A stretch of DNA of 64,000 nucleotides from Brevundimonas sp. (GCF_035935935.1 NZ_DASYWO010000004.1:209787-273786), one strand, 5' to 3'; positions 48,593-61,025 are shown, numbered from the stretch's first letter. Notes: generated by a model from the letters alone, not told the origin. Translations and numbers: made by a program.

Positions 48593-50643
48593 TCCGGCAC
48601 GTTCGCGTCCAGCTCGTCCAGCCAGACGCGGGCGGCGGAATCCGACGGCGCGCGCCAGTCGCCCCGGGGGCTCAGGCTGCCGCCCGTCACGACCTTGGGC
48701 CCGTTCGGCAGGGCCGACCGCTTGAACTGGCTGGTCTGGAAAAAGCGGATCAGGAACTTCCGCAGCCACTGCTTTATGACGGGCAGGTCGTAGGCGACCC
48801 GTTCCTCCTCCGGCGTGCCCGCGGGCCAGTCGCCGCGCGCGGCGTCCCGCCAGGCCTCGTGCGCCAGATAGACCACCTTCGACGGCTTCAATCCGAAGCG
48901 GGTGAGGTAGAACAGGAAGAAGTCGTTGAGCGCGTACGGCCCGACCGTGCCCTCCGTGGATTGCAGCTTGCCGTCCTTCGCCGGCACCAGCTCCGGCGAA
49001 ATCTCGGTCGACAGTATGCCCCGCAGCACCGGCACGGCGTCGGCGCCCACCACTTCCCGGTCGGCGACCCATCGGATCAGATGCCGGATCAGCGTCTTAG
49101 CCACCCCGCCGTTGACGTTGTAGTGGCTCATGTGGTCGCCCACCCCATAGGTGGCCCAGCCCAGCGCCAGCTCCGACAGGTCGCCGGTGCCCAACACGAA
49201 GGCGCCGTTCTGGTTGGCCAGCCGGAACAGATAGTCCGTCCTCAGCCCGGCCTGCACGTTCTCGAAGGTCACGTCATAGACCTCCTCGCCGCGGGAGACG
49301 GGATGGCCGATGCCTTTCAGCATCTCCGTCGCGGCCGGGCGGATGTCGATTTCGGCGCCGGTCACGCCCAGCGCCGTCATCAGCGCCCAGGCGTTCGACT
49401 TCGTCCCCTCGCTGGTGGCGAAGCCCGGCATCGTGAAGCCCAGAATGCCGGTCCGCGGCAGGCCCAGCCGGTCGAAGGCCCGGCAGGCGACCAGCAACGC
49501 CTGCGTCGAATCCAGTCCGCCCGACACGCCGATGACGATGCGCCGGCCGTTCGTCGCCTTCATCCGGCGCATCAGTCCCTGCACCTGGATGTTGAAGGCT
49601 TCGTAGCAGTCCTGGTCCAGCCGTGCCGCGTCGTCCGGCACGAAGGGAAAGCGGTCGAGCCGGCGCAGCAGCGGCCCGTCGCCGGCGTCCTCGCGCGCGG
49701 CGAAGCGGCACAGGCGGAAGTCGAACCCGGCCAGCTCCCGCCGGGCGCAGTCGGCGAAGGTCCCGGTGCGCAGCCGCTCCAGCCCGATGCGGTCGACGTC
49801 GACGTCGGCGACGGTCAGATGACTCTCCATCGCGAACCGCTCCCCGTCCGCCAGCCGGGCGCCCAGCTCGTGGATCGTCGCCTGTCCGTCCCACGCCAGA
49901 TCCGTCGTGCTTTCGCCCCAGCCCGAGGCGGTGAAGACGTAGGCGGCCATCGCCCTCGCCGACTGGCTGGCGCACAGCAGGGCGCGGTCGTCGGCCTTGC
50001 CGATGACCACGTTCGAGGCCGAAAGATTGAGCAGGATGCGCGCCCCCGCCATGGCCTGGCGCGTGGAAGGGGGCAGGGGCGCCCAATAGTCCTCGCAGAC
50101 CTCGACGCCGAACGTGAAGCCCGGCCGGTCCTCGGCTTCGAAGATCAGGTCCGTTCCGAACGGCGCGACGCCGCCCGCCAGTTCGATCAGCGCCTCGTCC
50201 TGTCCCGGTTCCGAGGCCGGCGAGAACCAGCGCTTCTCGTAGTACTCGCGGTAATTCGGCAGGTAGGTCTTGGGCACGACCCCCAGAACGGCGCCCTCGG
50301 CCAGCACCACCGCGCAGTTGTACAGGCGGTCGCGCAGGCGCAGCGGCGCGCCGACCACGGCCACCACCCCTGCGTCCCGCGCCGCTTCCGCCAGCCGCGG
50401 CAGGGCGCGCTCGACCTGATCCAGCAGCGCCGCCTGCATGTGCAGGTCGTCCACGGCGTAGGCGCTCAGGCTCAGCTCCGGAAACACGATCAGGTCGACG
50501 CCCCGGGCGCCGGCCTGCGCGATGAGCCCCGCGTGCTCGTCGGCGTTGGCGACCGGGTCGGCGACGTGGACCACCGGCGTGGCGGCGGCCACGCGGACGA
50601 AGCCGTGCGTGCGGGGGCTGTGGAAGGGATGAAGCTTGGCCAT
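48589..50643 (-). CDS. nadE: glutamine-dependent NAD(+) synthetase (large NadE)
   Basis: N-terminal CN-hydrolase domain and a C-terminal synthetase domain with the SGGLDS P-loop ([14 protein letters not shown]). Start is uncertain (50643, 50655 or 50676). Confidence 0.9.
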   Translation of the reverse strand: MAKLHPFHSPRTHGFVRVAAATPVVHVADPVANADEHAGLIAQAGARGVDLIVFPELSLSAYAVDDLHMQAALLDQVERALPRLAEAARDAGVVAVVGAPLRLRDRLYNCAVVLAEGAVLGVVPKTYLPNYREYYEKRWFSPASEPGQDEALIELAGGVAPFGTDLIFEAEDRPGFTFGVEVCEDYWAPLPPSTRQAMAGARILLNLSASNVVIGKADDRALLCASQSARAMAAYVFTASGWGESTTDLAWDGQATIHELGARLADGERFAMESHLTVADVDVDRIGLERLRTGTFADCARRELAGFDFRLCRFAAREDAGDGPLLRRLDRFPFVPDDAARLDQDCYEAFNIQVQGLMRRMKATNGRRIVIGVSGGLDSTQALLVACRAFDRLGLPRTGILGFTMPGFATSEGTKSNAWALMTALGVTGAEIDIRPAATEMLKGIGHPVSRGEEVYDVTFENVQAGLRTDYLFRLANQNGAFVLGTGDLSELALGWATYGVGDHMSHYNVNGGVAKTLIRHLIRWVADREVVGADAVPVLRGILSTEISPELVPAKDGKLQSTEGTVGPYALNDFFLFYLTRFGLKPSKVVYLAHEAWRDAARGDWPAGTPEEERVAYDLPVIKQWLRKFLIRFFQTSQFKRSALPNGPKVVTGGSLSPRGDWRAPSDSAARVWLDELDANVPD

Positions 50644-50729
50644 GGACGCGTTCATACAGGCTTGAACGAACGGCAAGAAGAACCGGTCCCGCCTTTCGCG
50701 CCGCAGAGCGGTGCGTTAAGCCCGTCCCC

Positions 50730-51671
50730 ATGACCGACGCGACCAAGAAGGGCTGGTTCTCCCGTCTGACGGAGGGCCTCAGCCGCTCCTCGAAGCAGAT
50801 GACCGACCAGGTCGTCTCCGCCTTCGTCAAGGAGCCGCTCAGCGAGGCCGCGCTGGAGGGGCTGGAGGAGCACCTGCTGGAGAGCGACCTCGGTCCCGCC
50901 GCGACGGACCGCATCGTCGCCCGCTTCCGCGAGCTGCGCTTCAACGCCGGGGCGAACGCGCGCGAGGTCAAGGAGGCGCTGGCCGACGCGGTGCACGCCG
51001 AGCTGGCGAACCACGAGGCGCGCTATGAGCCGCTGTCCGGACCCAAACCCTTCGTGACCCTGTTCGTCGGCGTCAACGGCTCGGGCAAGACCACGACGCT
51101 GGGCAAGATCGCCGCCGACCTGACGGGGCAGGGCGCCAAGGTGATGATCGTCGCCTGCGACACCTTCCGCGCCGCCGCCCGCGAGCAGCTGAAGGTCTGG
51201 GCCGAGCGCTCCGGCGCCGCCTTCGAAAGCCGCCGGGACGGCGCCGACGCCGCCGGTCTGGCCTTCGACGCCTTTACCCGGGCGAAGGCGGAGGGCTTCG
51301 ACGTCGTGCTGATCGACACCGCCGGCCGTCTGCAGAACAAGTCCGCCCTGATGGACGAGCTGCTGAAGATCGTGCGCGTGCTGAAGAAGGTCGATCCGGA
51401 CGCGCCGCACGAGACCCTGCTGGTGCTGGACGCCACCGTCGGCCGCAACGCGCTGGAGCAGGAGAAGATCTTCGGCCGCACCGCCTACGTGTCCGGTCTG
51501 GTCATGACCAAGCTGGACGGCACCGCGCGCGGCGGCGTTCTGGTGCCCGTCGCCCAGGCGTCCGACGCGCCCATCAAGCTGATCGGCGTGGGCGAGGGCG
51601 TCGAGGATCTTCAGGCGTTCGACGCGCGCGCCTTCTCGCGGTCGCTGGTGGGTCTGGAGGAGGCGGCATGA
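50730..51671 (+). CDS. ftsY: signal recognition particle receptor
   Basis: GVNGSGKTTTLGKIA, DTAGRLQNK and TKLDGTARGG: SRP-GTPase motifs. Confidence 0.95.
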   Translation: MTDATKKGWFSRLTEGLSRSSKQMTDQVVSAFVKEPLSEAALEGLEEHLLESDLGPAATDRIVARFRELRFNAGANAREVKEALADAVHAELANHEARYEPLSGPKPFVTLFVGVNGSGKTTTLGKIAADLTGQGAKVMIVACDTFRAAAREQLKVWAERSGAAFESRRDGADAAGLAFDAFTRAKAEGFDVVLIDTAGRLQNKSALMDELLKIVRVLKKVDPDAPHETLLVLDATVGRNALEQEKIFGRTAYVSGLVMTKLDGTARGGVLVPVAQASDAPIKLIGVGEGVEDLQAFDARAFSRSLVGLEEAA

Positions 51672-52300
51672 GCGGTTCGGCGAACAGGACGGCCACGACC
51701 GTCCGGCAACTGGTCGATTTCGGCGCCCTGCTGGCCTTCATGGCCGCCTATGCGGTGAACCGGTTCGTGCGCGGGCTGGAGGGAGATCAGGCGCTGGTCC
51801 AGGCGACCTGGGTGCTGGTGGCCGCCTCGGCGATCGCCCTGCTGGTCGGCTGGATCGTGGAAAAGCGGCTGGCGCCCCTGCCGCTGCTGGCCGGCGGCTT
51901 CGCCCTGCTGTTCGGCACGCTGACCCTGATCTTCAACGATCCGGTCCTGCTGAAGATCAAGCTCACGATCCAGAACGGCCTGCTCGCCGCCGTGCTGCTC
52001 GGCTCGCTGCCCTTCGGCAGATATCCCTTCAAATATCTGCTGGAGAGCGCCTTCCGCCTGACGGAAGCCGGCTGGCGGGGGCTGACCTTGCGGTACGGCC
52101 TCTATTTCGCGGCCGTGGCGATCGCCAACGAGGTCGTCTGGCGCACCCAGACCGACGACGTCTGGGTCGCCTTCCGCGGCGGGCTCTGGATGGCGTCGGC
52201 CGCCTTCGGCGTCTGGCAGGTCTTCTTCATCATGAAGCACCTGATCAAGGACGAGGACGACGACGGGGTCGAACCCGCCTCGCCCGATCCCGGTCTCTGA
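51668..52300 (+). CDS. septation protein A (YciB/IspZ family inner-membrane protein)
   Basis: LVDFGALLAFMAAY N-terminal motif and five TM segments. The ATG overlaps the ftsY TGA. Confidence 0.75.
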   Translation: MSGSANRTATTVRQLVDFGALLAFMAAYAVNRFVRGLEGDQALVQATWVLVAASAIALLVGWIVEKRLAPLPLLAGGFALLFGTLTLIFNDPVLLKIKLTIQNGLLAAVLLGSLPFGRYPFKYLLESAFRLTEAGWRGLTLRYGLYFAAVAIANEVVWRTQTDDVWVAFRGGLWMASAAFGVWQVFFIMKHLIKDEDDDGVEPASPDPGL

Positions 52301-52362
52301 CGCTTTCCGGATCGTCCGTCGTCAAACCGTAAAACGGCGCTGCTAGCCCTGCCCGGGTCAGT

Positions 52363-52983
52363 ATGGGGAGCGGTCGCATGGTGAAGTCCGGCAAGCAGGC
52401 GCGACGGCAGGGGGCCCTGGCCGATTCGCCCAGCCATCAGATGCACCGCGCGCTGCAGCTGGCGCTCGACGTCTACGCCGAAGAGGTGGGATCGGACGGC
52501 CCCACCCAGAGGCAGTTCGCCGTGCTCGAGGCCGTGTCGGTCCAGGCCGGCCTGACCCAGACCGATCTGGTCAAGGCCACCGGCATCGACCGCTCCACCC
52601 TGGCCGACCTCGTCTCGCGCATGACCGCCAAGGGCCTTCTGCAGCGCGAACGCTCGACGCTGGACGCCCGCGCCATGGCCGTGCGCCTGTCGCCCGAGGG
52701 CGCGGCCATGCTGGAGGCCGCCCGCCCCCGCGTCCAGGCCGCGGACAAGCGCATCATGGGGATGCTCCCCAAGGGCCGCCGCGAGGCCTTCCTCGAAACC
52801 CTGTCCGAACTCGCCGCAGCGGCCGACGCCGCGCCGGAACAGGCGAAGCTGCAGGCCAAGGCCGAGAAGAAGCGGCAGAAGGAGCTCCGCAAGGCGGAGA
52901 AGGCGGCGAAGAAGGCCGACAAGCCGGTCAAGGGCGGCAAGAAGCCGAAGAAGTCCCAAGTCCCGGCCGACGAGGCGGCCTGA
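52363..52983 (+). CDS. MarR family transcriptional regulator with Lys-rich C-terminal tail
   Basis: Winged-helix region QRQFAVLEAV...GLTQTDLVKATGIDRSTLADLVSRMTAKGLLQRER. The tail reads KAEKKRQKELRKAEKAAKKADKPVKGGKKPKK. Confidence 0.8.
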   Translation: MGSGRMVKSGKQARRQGALADSPSHQMHRALQLALDVYAEEVGSDGPTQRQFAVLEAVSVQAGLTQTDLVKATGIDRSTLADLVSRMTAKGLLQRERSTLDARAMAVRLSPEGAAMLEAARPRVQAADKRIMGMLPKGRREAFLETLSELAAAADAAPEQAKLQAKAEKKRQKELRKAEKAAKKADKPVKGGKKPKKSQVPADEAA

Positions 52984-52984
52984 C

Positions 52985-53701
52985 TCAGCCCTTCTCCGGC
53001 GGCGCGCAGACGGCCCGGAATCCCGCCGCCGCGAACCGCACCATGTAGTCGCAGGCGCTCTCCAGATCACCCGACCGGCACAGGCCGCCCGACAGCCTGT
53101 CCAGCCGCCCCGTCTCGCCCAGCGTCAGCGTCAGGGCGCCCGACAGGTTGTGATAGGCCCAGTAAAGGTCGACCTCGCGCGCCTCGGGCAGGACCTGCTT
53201 GATCAGCTCGATCAGCCGACGGATGGCCGGGTCGAAATAGCGGGCCATGGTCTCCCCGCCGAAGGTGGGGTTGGCGTTGGTCTGCGCCACCAGCGCCGAA
53301 TAATGCTTCCACCCCGGCCCGCCCTTCAGCGACCATTGGAACGGCGGCCGCAGAAAGGCTTCCAGCAGCCCCTCCAGCGTCATGCCGTCCGGCCCCGCTT
53401 CCCGCGCATAGCGGTCGACGGCCGCCACCCGCTCGCCGTTCCAGATCTCCGCGCGGCGCAGGAACACCGCGTCGAACAGCTCCCGCTTCGAGCCGAAGTA
53501 GTAGTGCACCAGCGCCGTGTCGACGCCGGCCTCGCGCGCCACCTCGCGGATGGTGACCCCGTAGAAGCCGTGCTTGGAAAACAGATCTTCGGCCGCGTCC
53601 AGGATCGAGGCCGAAGTGTCGCCGCTCGCGCCGGCCTGGGCCTTCCTCGGCCGGCCGCGTCTCGGGGCGGCGTCTGCGGGCGGGGCGTCAAGCTTGGTCA
53701 T
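52985..53701 (-). CDS. TetR/AcrR family transcriptional regulator
   Basis: ILDAAEDLFSKHGFYGVTIREVAREAGVDTALVHYYF: TetR HTH. Start at MTKLDAP (53701). Confidence 0.85.
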   Translation of the reverse strand: MTKLDAPPADAAPRRGRPRKAQAGASGDTSASILDAAEDLFSKHGFYGVTIREVAREAGVDTALVHYYFGSKRELFDAVFLRRAEIWNGERVAAVDRYAREAGPDGMTLEGLLEAFLRPPFQWSLKGGPGWKHYSALVAQTNANPTFGGETMARYFDPAIRRLIELIKQVLPEAREVDLYWAYHNLSGALTLTLGETGRLDRLSGGLCRSGDLESACDYMVRFAAAGFRAVCAPPEKG

Positions 53702-53877
53702 GGGCCATCCTTGGCCCGGCGAACCCCGGTGTGCAACGGCGCCACACCCGCAAGGCGCCACGCGCGGGACCAAGCCTCACCGTTTGACAGGCCCCTGAAA
53801 GCGGTTACCTTCCGCGAAAATCATTGAACGCTGAATAAAAGCGTCTTGGGCTGAAACATCAGGAATTGGGGTTCATC

Positions 53878-56076
53878 ATGAAGAAATTCGTCAAAGCCGC
53901 CTTGCTGGCGGGCGCCGCCTGGAGCGCCATGGCCGGAATGGCCGCCGCCCAGGATGCTCCGGCCCAGGAGCCGGAGGCCACCACCGTCGACGAGATCGTC
54001 GTCACCGCCCGTCGCCGCGACGAAGCGCTGAAGGACGTGCCGATCGCGGTGTCCGCCCTGTCCGAAGAGCGTCTGGAACAGACGGGCGCCGCGGACATCA
54101 CCGCCCTGCAGCAGCAGACCCCCAACGCCACCGTCCAGGTCGCACGCGGCTCCAACTCCACCTTGATCGCCTTCATCCGCGGCGTCGGTCAGCAGGATCC
54201 GCTGTGGGGCTTCGAGCCCGGCGTCGGCCTCTACATCGACGACGTCTACGTGGCCCGTCCGCAGGGCGCGGTGCTCGACGTGTTCGACGTCCAGCGCATC
54301 GAGGTGCTGCGCGGTCCTCAGGGCACGCTGTATGGCCGCAACACGGTCGGGGGCGCCATCAAGTACGTCACCCAGCGGCTGTCGCCCGAGACCGAGCTGA
54401 CGCTCAAGGGCTCCTACGGCAGCTTCAATCAGGTCGACGTGCTGGCCATGGGCAGCGGCTCCCTGACCGACAACTTCCGCATCGGCGGGGCCTTCGCCAA
54501 GTACACGCGCGACGGCTACGGCACCAACATCAACACCGGCGCCGAACACTATGACAAGGACGTGGAAGCGTTCCGGTTCTCGGCTGAGTTGACGCCCAAC
54601 GACGACGTGTTCGTGCGTTTCGCCTATGACCTGATGAACGACGATTCCAATCCGCGTCATGGTCACCGCGAGGTCGCGGGCGCCCTGCCGGACGGCGCCG
54701 TGCTGAACAACGTCTATGACACCAACGCCGGCGTCGGCGACGAGAACTCCGTGCAGACCGAGGGCTGGTCCATGACCGTCCAGGGCCGCCTGAACGACAA
54801 CTGGACCCTGAAGTCGATCGTCGCCCGTCGGGACGGCCGCACCGACACGGTCATCGACTTCGACAACACCCCGCGCCCGACGCTGGACATCCCCGCCTAT
54901 TACGAGGACCAGCAGACCACGCTCGAGTTCCAGGGCCTGTTCGACTACGACCGCGTGCAGGGCGTCATGGGCCTGTTCTATCTGGACGGCCGCGCCGAAG
55001 GCGCGTTCGACACGATCATCGGCGGCGCGGGCATCGTGACCGGCACGGGCGGCTATGTAGAAACCACGTCGATCTCGGCCTACGTCGACGTCAATCTGGA
55101 CCTGACCGATCGGCTCCACCTCTCGCTGGGCGGCCGCTACACGCTGGACGACAAGACGGGCGACGTGTTCCGCGCGAACTATCTGGGGGCGACGCGCTCG
55201 CCGCTGACGGGGGGCACGCCCCGGCCGGTCCTGGGCGCGGTGCGCACCGACTACACGCGCTCGAACTCCTTCGATCAGTTCACGCCGAAGGTGGCCCTGT
55301 CGTATGACGTCACCGACGACGTGACCGCCTACGCCTCGTTCTCGCAAGGCTTCAAGTCGGGCGGCTTCGACATGCGCGGCGACGCCGTCGCCACGCCCCA
55401 GACGGTGAACGGCTATGATCCCGAGACGGTCGACAGCTACGAGATCGGCCTGAAGGGCCGCCTCGGCCCGCTGTCGTTCAGCTCGGCCGCCTTCTACAAC
55501 GAGTACCAGGACCAGCAGGTGACCACCCAGGTGCCGTCGGGCGCCACGATCGCCAGCTTCGTCGACAACGTCGGCTCCTCGACCTTCTACGGGGCCGAGT
55601 TCGAGGGTTCGCTGTTCCTGACCGAGAACCTCACGGCCAACTTCGCGGTCGGCTACCTGAACTCCGACTTCGAGGAGTTCATCCGCTACAACCTGACGAC
55701 CATGATGTTCGAGGACATCTCCGATCTCGTCGTCCTCCAGAACGCCCCGGAGTGGACCGGGTATCTGGGCCTGACCTGGAACAGCCCTCTGGCCGGCGGC
55801 GATCTCACGATCGTCCCGCAGGTCTCCTGGCGGGACGACTACAGCCAGTTCGAGTTCCCGAACCCGATCCTGGACCAGGAAGGCTTCGCCCTCGTCGATC
55901 TGTCGGCCACCTGGACCTACGACCGCTTCGTCGTCGGCATCTACGGCAAGAACCTGACGGACGAGCGGTATCGCGTGGGCGGCTACAACTTCCCGGGCGC
56001 GCTCCTGGACAACTCGATCATCGGCTACTACGGCCCGCCGCGCACCGTGACGGCGTCGGTGACCGTCAAGTTCTGA
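53878..56076 (+). CDS. TonB-dependent receptor
   Basis: Signal peptide, plug region (DEIVVTARRRDE...VLRGPQGTLYGRNTVGGAI) and a C-terminal beta-barrel ending in ...VTVKF. Confidence 0.9.
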   Translation: MKKFVKAALLAGAAWSAMAGMAAAQDAPAQEPEATTVDEIVVTARRRDEALKDVPIAVSALSEERLEQTGAADITALQQQTPNATVQVARGSNSTLIAFIRGVGQQDPLWGFEPGVGLYIDDVYVARPQGAVLDVFDVQRIEVLRGPQGTLYGRNTVGGAIKYVTQRLSPETELTLKGSYGSFNQVDVLAMGSGSLTDNFRIGGAFAKYTRDGYGTNINTGAEHYDKDVEAFRFSAELTPNDDVFVRFAYDLMNDDSNPRHGHREVAGALPDGAVLNNVYDTNAGVGDENSVQTEGWSMTVQGRLNDNWTLKSIVARRDGRTDTVIDFDNTPRPTLDIPAYYEDQQTTLEFQGLFDYDRVQGVMGLFYLDGRAEGAFDTIIGGAGIVTGTGGYVETTSISAYVDVNLDLTDRLHLSLGGRYTLDDKTGDVFRANYLGATRSPLTGGTPRPVLGAVRTDYTRSNSFDQFTPKVALSYDVTDDVTAYASFSQGFKSGGFDMRGDAVATPQTVNGYDPETVDSYEIGLKGRLGPLSFSSAAFYNEYQDQQVTTQVPSGATIASFVDNVGSSTFYGAEFEGSLFLTENLTANFAVGYLNSDFEEFIRYNLTTMMFEDISDLVVLQNAPEWTGYLGLTWNSPLAGGDLTIVPQVSWRDDYSQFEFPNPILDQEGFALVDLSATWTYDRFVVGIYGKNLTDERYRVGGYNFPGALLDNSIIGYYGPPRTVTASVTVKF

Positions 56077-56100
56077 TCGGTTCAAGTTCCTGAACGACTT

Positions 56101-56139
56101 GGGCGGCGCTCCTTCGGGGTCGCCGCCCATTTTTCTTTG
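56101..56139 (+). terminator. intrinsic terminator after the TonB-dependent receptor gene
   Basis: GGGCGGCG (56101-56108) pairs with CGCCGCCC (56121-56128) and is followed by ATTTTTCTTTG. Confidence 0.8.
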
Positions 56140-56190
56140 CGGACCCGCTTGCTAGGGTCGCCTGAAGACGAGCCCGGGGAGGGGCCGACC

Positions 56191-57702
56191 ATGACCGACG
56201 CCACGGTGAAGACCGAACGCCCCGGCTACCGCTTCTACGTTCTGGCGGTGCTGATCCTCGTCTACATGCTGAACTTTCTGGACCGCCAGATCATCGGCAT
56301 CCTGGCCGCCCCGCTGAAGGAGGAGTTCCAGCTTTCCGACAGCCAGTTCGGCCTGCTCGGCGGCATCGCCTTCGCCAGCGTCTATTCCACGCTCGCCATT
56401 CCGCTGGCCTGGCTGGCCGACCGCTTCAGCCGCGTCTGGATCATGACCGGCGCGCTGGCGGTCTGGTCGGGCTTCACCGCCCTGTGCGGCACGGCGACCA
56501 GCTTCACCCAGCTGTTCCTCTACCGGATGGGCGTCGGCGTGGGCGAGGCGGGCGGCGTGGCCCCGGCCTATTCCCTGATCGCCGACTACTTCCCGCCGCA
56601 CCAGCGCGCCCGCGCGCTTGCCGGCTTCGCCTTCGGCATCCCGCTGGGCACGGCGGCCGGCACGCTCGTCGGCGGCCTGCTGGCGGCGGAGTACGGCTGG
56701 CGCACCGCCTTCGTCGTCGTCGGCCTGCTGGGCGTGGTTCTGGCCCCCCTCATGCGGCTGACCATCCGCGATCCGAAGCGCGGCGCGACCGATGCGCCCA
56801 AGGCCGTCGAGAGCGGGGCGCCCGTCGACGCGGCGCCGGTCGCCGCGCGCGCTTCGGCCCGCGTGGGTCGCACGGCGGCCCTGATCATGCTCGGCCTCGG
56901 CCTCGGTCTGCTGACGCTCGCGGGGCTCAACCACTTCGTCGGCCTGGCCTTCGGCGACGCGCTGGTGCTGGCGTTCGGCGGCCTCTTGGCGCTGGTCATC
57001 GGCGTGTCCCTGCTGATCGCCCAGGTGACCGCCTCGGCGGTGATCCCCAAGAAGAGCTTCTGGCTGCTGGCCCTGGGCGCCGCCTCGTCGTCGGTCTGCG
57101 GCTACGGCGTCGCCGGCTGGCTGCCGCTGTTCTTCATGCGCAGCTTCGACCTGACGCTGAAACAGGTCAGCTGGTACTATGCCGGCATCGCCCTGATCGG
57201 CGGCGTGCTGGGCATCTGGCTGGGTGGAATGATCGCCGACAAGACGGCCAGGCGCGGCAAGGGCGCCTATCCGCTGGTGCCGGCCATCGCCTTCCTGATC
57301 TCGGCGCCCTGCTTCATCCTGGCCATGAACTCCGACTGGCTGATCGCCCAGCTGATCCCCGGCGGCGGCACGCAGGTGCAGGCCCTGACCGTGGCCTTCC
57401 TGATCTTCCTGATCCCGACCGGGCTGAACCTGGCATGGCTGGGGCCGATCACGGCCTCGGTGCAGCATCTGGTCGCCGCGCCCATGCGGTCGACGGCCTC
57501 GGCCCTGTTCCTGCTGATCAACAACCTGCTCGGCATCGCCGTCGGCTTCTACTATTTCGGCGCCGTGTCGGACCTGCTGCAGCCCCGCTTCGGCGAAGAG
57601 AGCCTGCGCTGGGCCATCTACACCGGCATGGGATTCTACGTGCTGGCCGCCCTGTTGCTCATCGGCGCCTCGCGCACGCTGAAGCGCGACTGGGTCGACT
57701 GA
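56191..57702 (+). CDS. MFS transporter (spinster-like)
   Basis: 12+ TM helices with the [12 protein letters not shown] and WLADRFSR motifs. GGGGAGGGG RBS before ATG 56191. Confidence 0.85.
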   Translation: MTDATVKTERPGYRFYVLAVLILVYMLNFLDRQIIGILAAPLKEEFQLSDSQFGLLGGIAFASVYSTLAIPLAWLADRFSRVWIMTGALAVWSGFTALCGTATSFTQLFLYRMGVGVGEAGGVAPAYSLIADYFPPHQRARALAGFAFGIPLGTAAGTLVGGLLAAEYGWRTAFVVVGLLGVVLAPLMRLTIRDPKRGATDAPKAVESGAPVDAAPVAARASARVGRTAALIMLGLGLGLLTLAGLNHFVGLAFGDALVLAFGGLLALVIGVSLLIAQVTASAVIPKKSFWLLALGAASSSVCGYGVAGWLPLFFMRSFDLTLKQVSWYYAGIALIGGVLGIWLGGMIADKTARRGKGAYPLVPAIAFLISAPCFILAMNSDWLIAQLIPGGGTQVQALTVAFLIFLIPTGLNLAWLGPITASVQHLVAAPMRSTASALFLLINNLLGIAVGFYYFGAVSDLLQPRFGEESLRWAIYTGMGFYVLAALLLIGASRTLKRDWVD

Positions 57703-57790
57703 ACCGGACCGGGTCGGGGGCGGTTGCGCCGCTCTCGACCCGCCGCCTATAAGCGCCCCGACTTCCTCCTCCCGATCGGCGGCGCTTCTC

Positions 57791-58987
<1,197 letters not shown>

Positions 58988-59046
58988 CGCCGCCTTTTCG
59001 CCCCCGGCGGCGGATTTGATCGCGCGACCCTCACGGAGCCGCCCGC

Positions 59047-59604
59047 ATGAAGACCGTCCTCGCCCTGACCGCCCTGCTGCTGGCCACGCCGGCGGCGGCC
59101 GATCCCTATGACGACTTTCTGGAACTGTGCGTCGCGCCGTCCGGCGACGTCGCCGCGGCGCAGACAAAGGCGCGCGCGGCCGGTTTCGGCGACGCCCCGG
59201 CCGAGGTGGCGCGGACCTTCCGCCTGCCGGACTTTCCGGACGCGGTGCCCCTGACGCGCGGCGAGGGCGCGGCCATGGAGATCTTCATCGCCGGCACCGC
59301 CCCGCGCGAGGACTTCGGCGCCATGACCGGCACGACCTGCATCGTCGTGGCGCCTGCGCTGGACGCCGGGTCGGCCGAGACGCGGCTGGAGACGAAGCTG
59401 GGCTTCCCGGCCTTCACCGACGGCGCCGCGGGCGCTCCCATGTGGTATCTCACCGGCGGTCCCGACGTCTGGCGCTCGGAGCCCCAGCTGGTCGGTTCCT
59501 CCGACGCCCGCATCGCCGAGGTGGCGCGTGAACGCCCCGTCTCCATCTTCGCCGTCCTGCCGGTCGGCTCCGGCGCCGGCCTGATGTACGGAACCCTGAA
59601 ATGA
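59047..59604 (+). CDS. hypothetical secreted protein (paralog 1 of 3)
   Basis: Signal peptide [18 protein letters not shown], then DDFLELCV...AGF... and TTCIVV. GGAG RBS. Confidence 0.6.
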   Translation: MKTVLALTALLLATPAAADPYDDFLELCVAPSGDVAAAQTKARAAGFGDAPAEVARTFRLPDFPDAVPLTRGEGAAMEIFIAGTAPREDFGAMTGTTCIVVAPALDAGSAETRLETKLGFPAFTDGAAGAPMWYLTGGPDVWRSEPQLVGSSDARIAEVARERPVSIFAVLPVGSGAGLMYGTLK

Positions 59605-60245
59605 AGCGCATCGCCTGTCTCGCCCTCGCCGTCTCCCTGGTCGCCGCGCCCGCCTGGGCTCAGCTTGCGACGCCGCCGCAGCCCGTGGCGCCGGCCGCGC
59701 CGCCGACGTACGTGCCCGACGAAGCCGGGACCGCACGCTATGTCGCCGACTTCACGCGCCTTTGCCTGGACACGGGCGGCGAGCGCGCCGCCGTGCGCGC
59801 GGCGGCGGAGGAGGCCGGCTGGACGCCGGGGCAGGGCGGCCCCGAGGTCGCTTCCGCAATCGATCTGGCGGCGTTCGACAGCCCCGACGGCTATGGCGGG
59901 CAGCTTCTGACCTCGGCCTCTTCGCCCGGCGACCTCGAGGGCGGCCTCATTGTGCGGACCTGCATCCTGCAACCATACGGCGGTTCGGCCGGACCCCACG
60001 ATCGACTGGAGCGGGCCGTGGCGGAGGTCATGGGCCTGCCGGGCCAGCCCACGGCGCAGGGGCCGGTCTGGCTGGTGTCCGGCTCGCGTCAGGCGGGCTT
60101 CACTGACGAGAAGGCGAGCTTCGCGGCGGCCGGTTCGCCCGAGGCCGGCTTCGCCATCGCGCTGGAACGCCCGCTGCTGATGCTGACGCTGGTGGGCGAC
60201 GCCCGCAGCTCCGGCCTGGCCCTGCTGCGCGTCAGTCCGGAGTGA
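59601..60245 (+). CDS. hypothetical secreted protein (paralog 2 of 3)
   Basis: Signal peptide [20 protein letters not shown], then ADFTRLCL...AGW... and RTCILQ. The ATG overlaps the previous TGA. Confidence 0.6.
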   Translation: MKRIACLALAVSLVAAPAWAQLATPPQPVAPAAPPTYVPDEAGTARYVADFTRLCLDTGGERAAVRAAAEEAGWTPGQGGPEVASAIDLAAFDSPDGYGGQLLTSASSPGDLEGGLIVRTCILQPYGGSAGPHDRLERAVAEVMGLPGQPTAQGPVWLVSGSRQAGFTDEKASFAAAGSPEAGFAIALERPLLMLTLVGDARSSGLALLRVSPE

Positions 60246-60342
60246 TCGGCCGCCACGGCTCCGCTTTGCGACGCGGCCATGGACGGGTAAAGTCGGCCCG
60301 AGACCGGGGGGACCGGTTCCTGATCATCATCGAGGCTGTTCA

Positions 60343-60954
60343 ATGTTCGCTTTCCGCTCGCCCCTGAAAACGGGCGTCCTGGCCGCCTGCGCCGTCGGCG
60401 CGATGGCTTTCGCCGCTCCCGCCCTCGCGCAGGACCCGGTTTTCGACGCCTTCAGCGAGATCTGCATCGCCGGCGACGGCGACGCGGGCAAGGCGGCCGC
60501 CGCGCTGTCGTCCGAGGGCGGCTGGGTGCCGCTGGATCCCGCCATGTTCGGCGACGAGGTTCCGTTCGAGAATCTCAAGGCTTGGATGAAGCCCGTCGGG
60601 GCCGGATTCCAGATGGCCATGACCGGCGACATGGTCGAGCCGATGCCGGGCATGGGCGCCATGTCGATGAACATGGGCGTCTGCGCCATCGGCGGTCAGC
60701 CGGCCGACGCCGCCTCGATCGAGGGCCAGATCAAGTCCTGGACCGGCGCCTCGGCGCCCGTGCCGGAAATGAACACGCCGGAGTTCCGCGGCTACGTCGT
60801 GTCCATGAAGGACGGTCGCCCCGTGCCCGTCGATCCCAACATCACTGACGAAGGCCTTGGGGCACGCATGATGACGGGCGAACTGCGCATGCTCATGGTC
60901 GGCGACCAGGGCGGCGTGACCATGGTCATGTACATGAACCCTCGGGTTCAATGA
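60343..60954 (+). CDS. hypothetical secreted protein (paralog 3 of 3, Met-rich)
   Basis: Signal peptide ...AMAFAAPALA, then DAFSEICI...GGW... and GVCAIG. GAGG RBS. Confidence 0.6.
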   Translation: MFAFRSPLKTGVLAACAVGAMAFAAPALAQDPVFDAFSEICIAGDGDAGKAAAALSSEGGWVPLDPAMFGDEVPFENLKAWMKPVGAGFQMAMTGDMVEPMPGMGAMSMNMGVCAIGGQPADAASIEGQIKSWTGASAPVPEMNTPEFRGYVVSMKDGRPVPVDPNITDEGLGARMMTGELRMLMVGDQGGVTMVMYMNPRVQ

Positions 60955-60991
60955 CGGATCGGCGCCGCGTGCGCCGTTCGTGACGACGACG

Positions 60992-61025
60992 AGGGGCGGC
61001 CGCGGCGACGCGACCGCCCCTTCTT
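60992..61025 (+). terminator. terminator-like hairpin between the third paralog and sucD
   Basis: AGGGGCGG (60992-60999) pairs perfectly with CCGCCCCT (61014-61021), with a 14-nt loop, followed by TCTT. The U-tract is weak. Confidence 0.4.
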
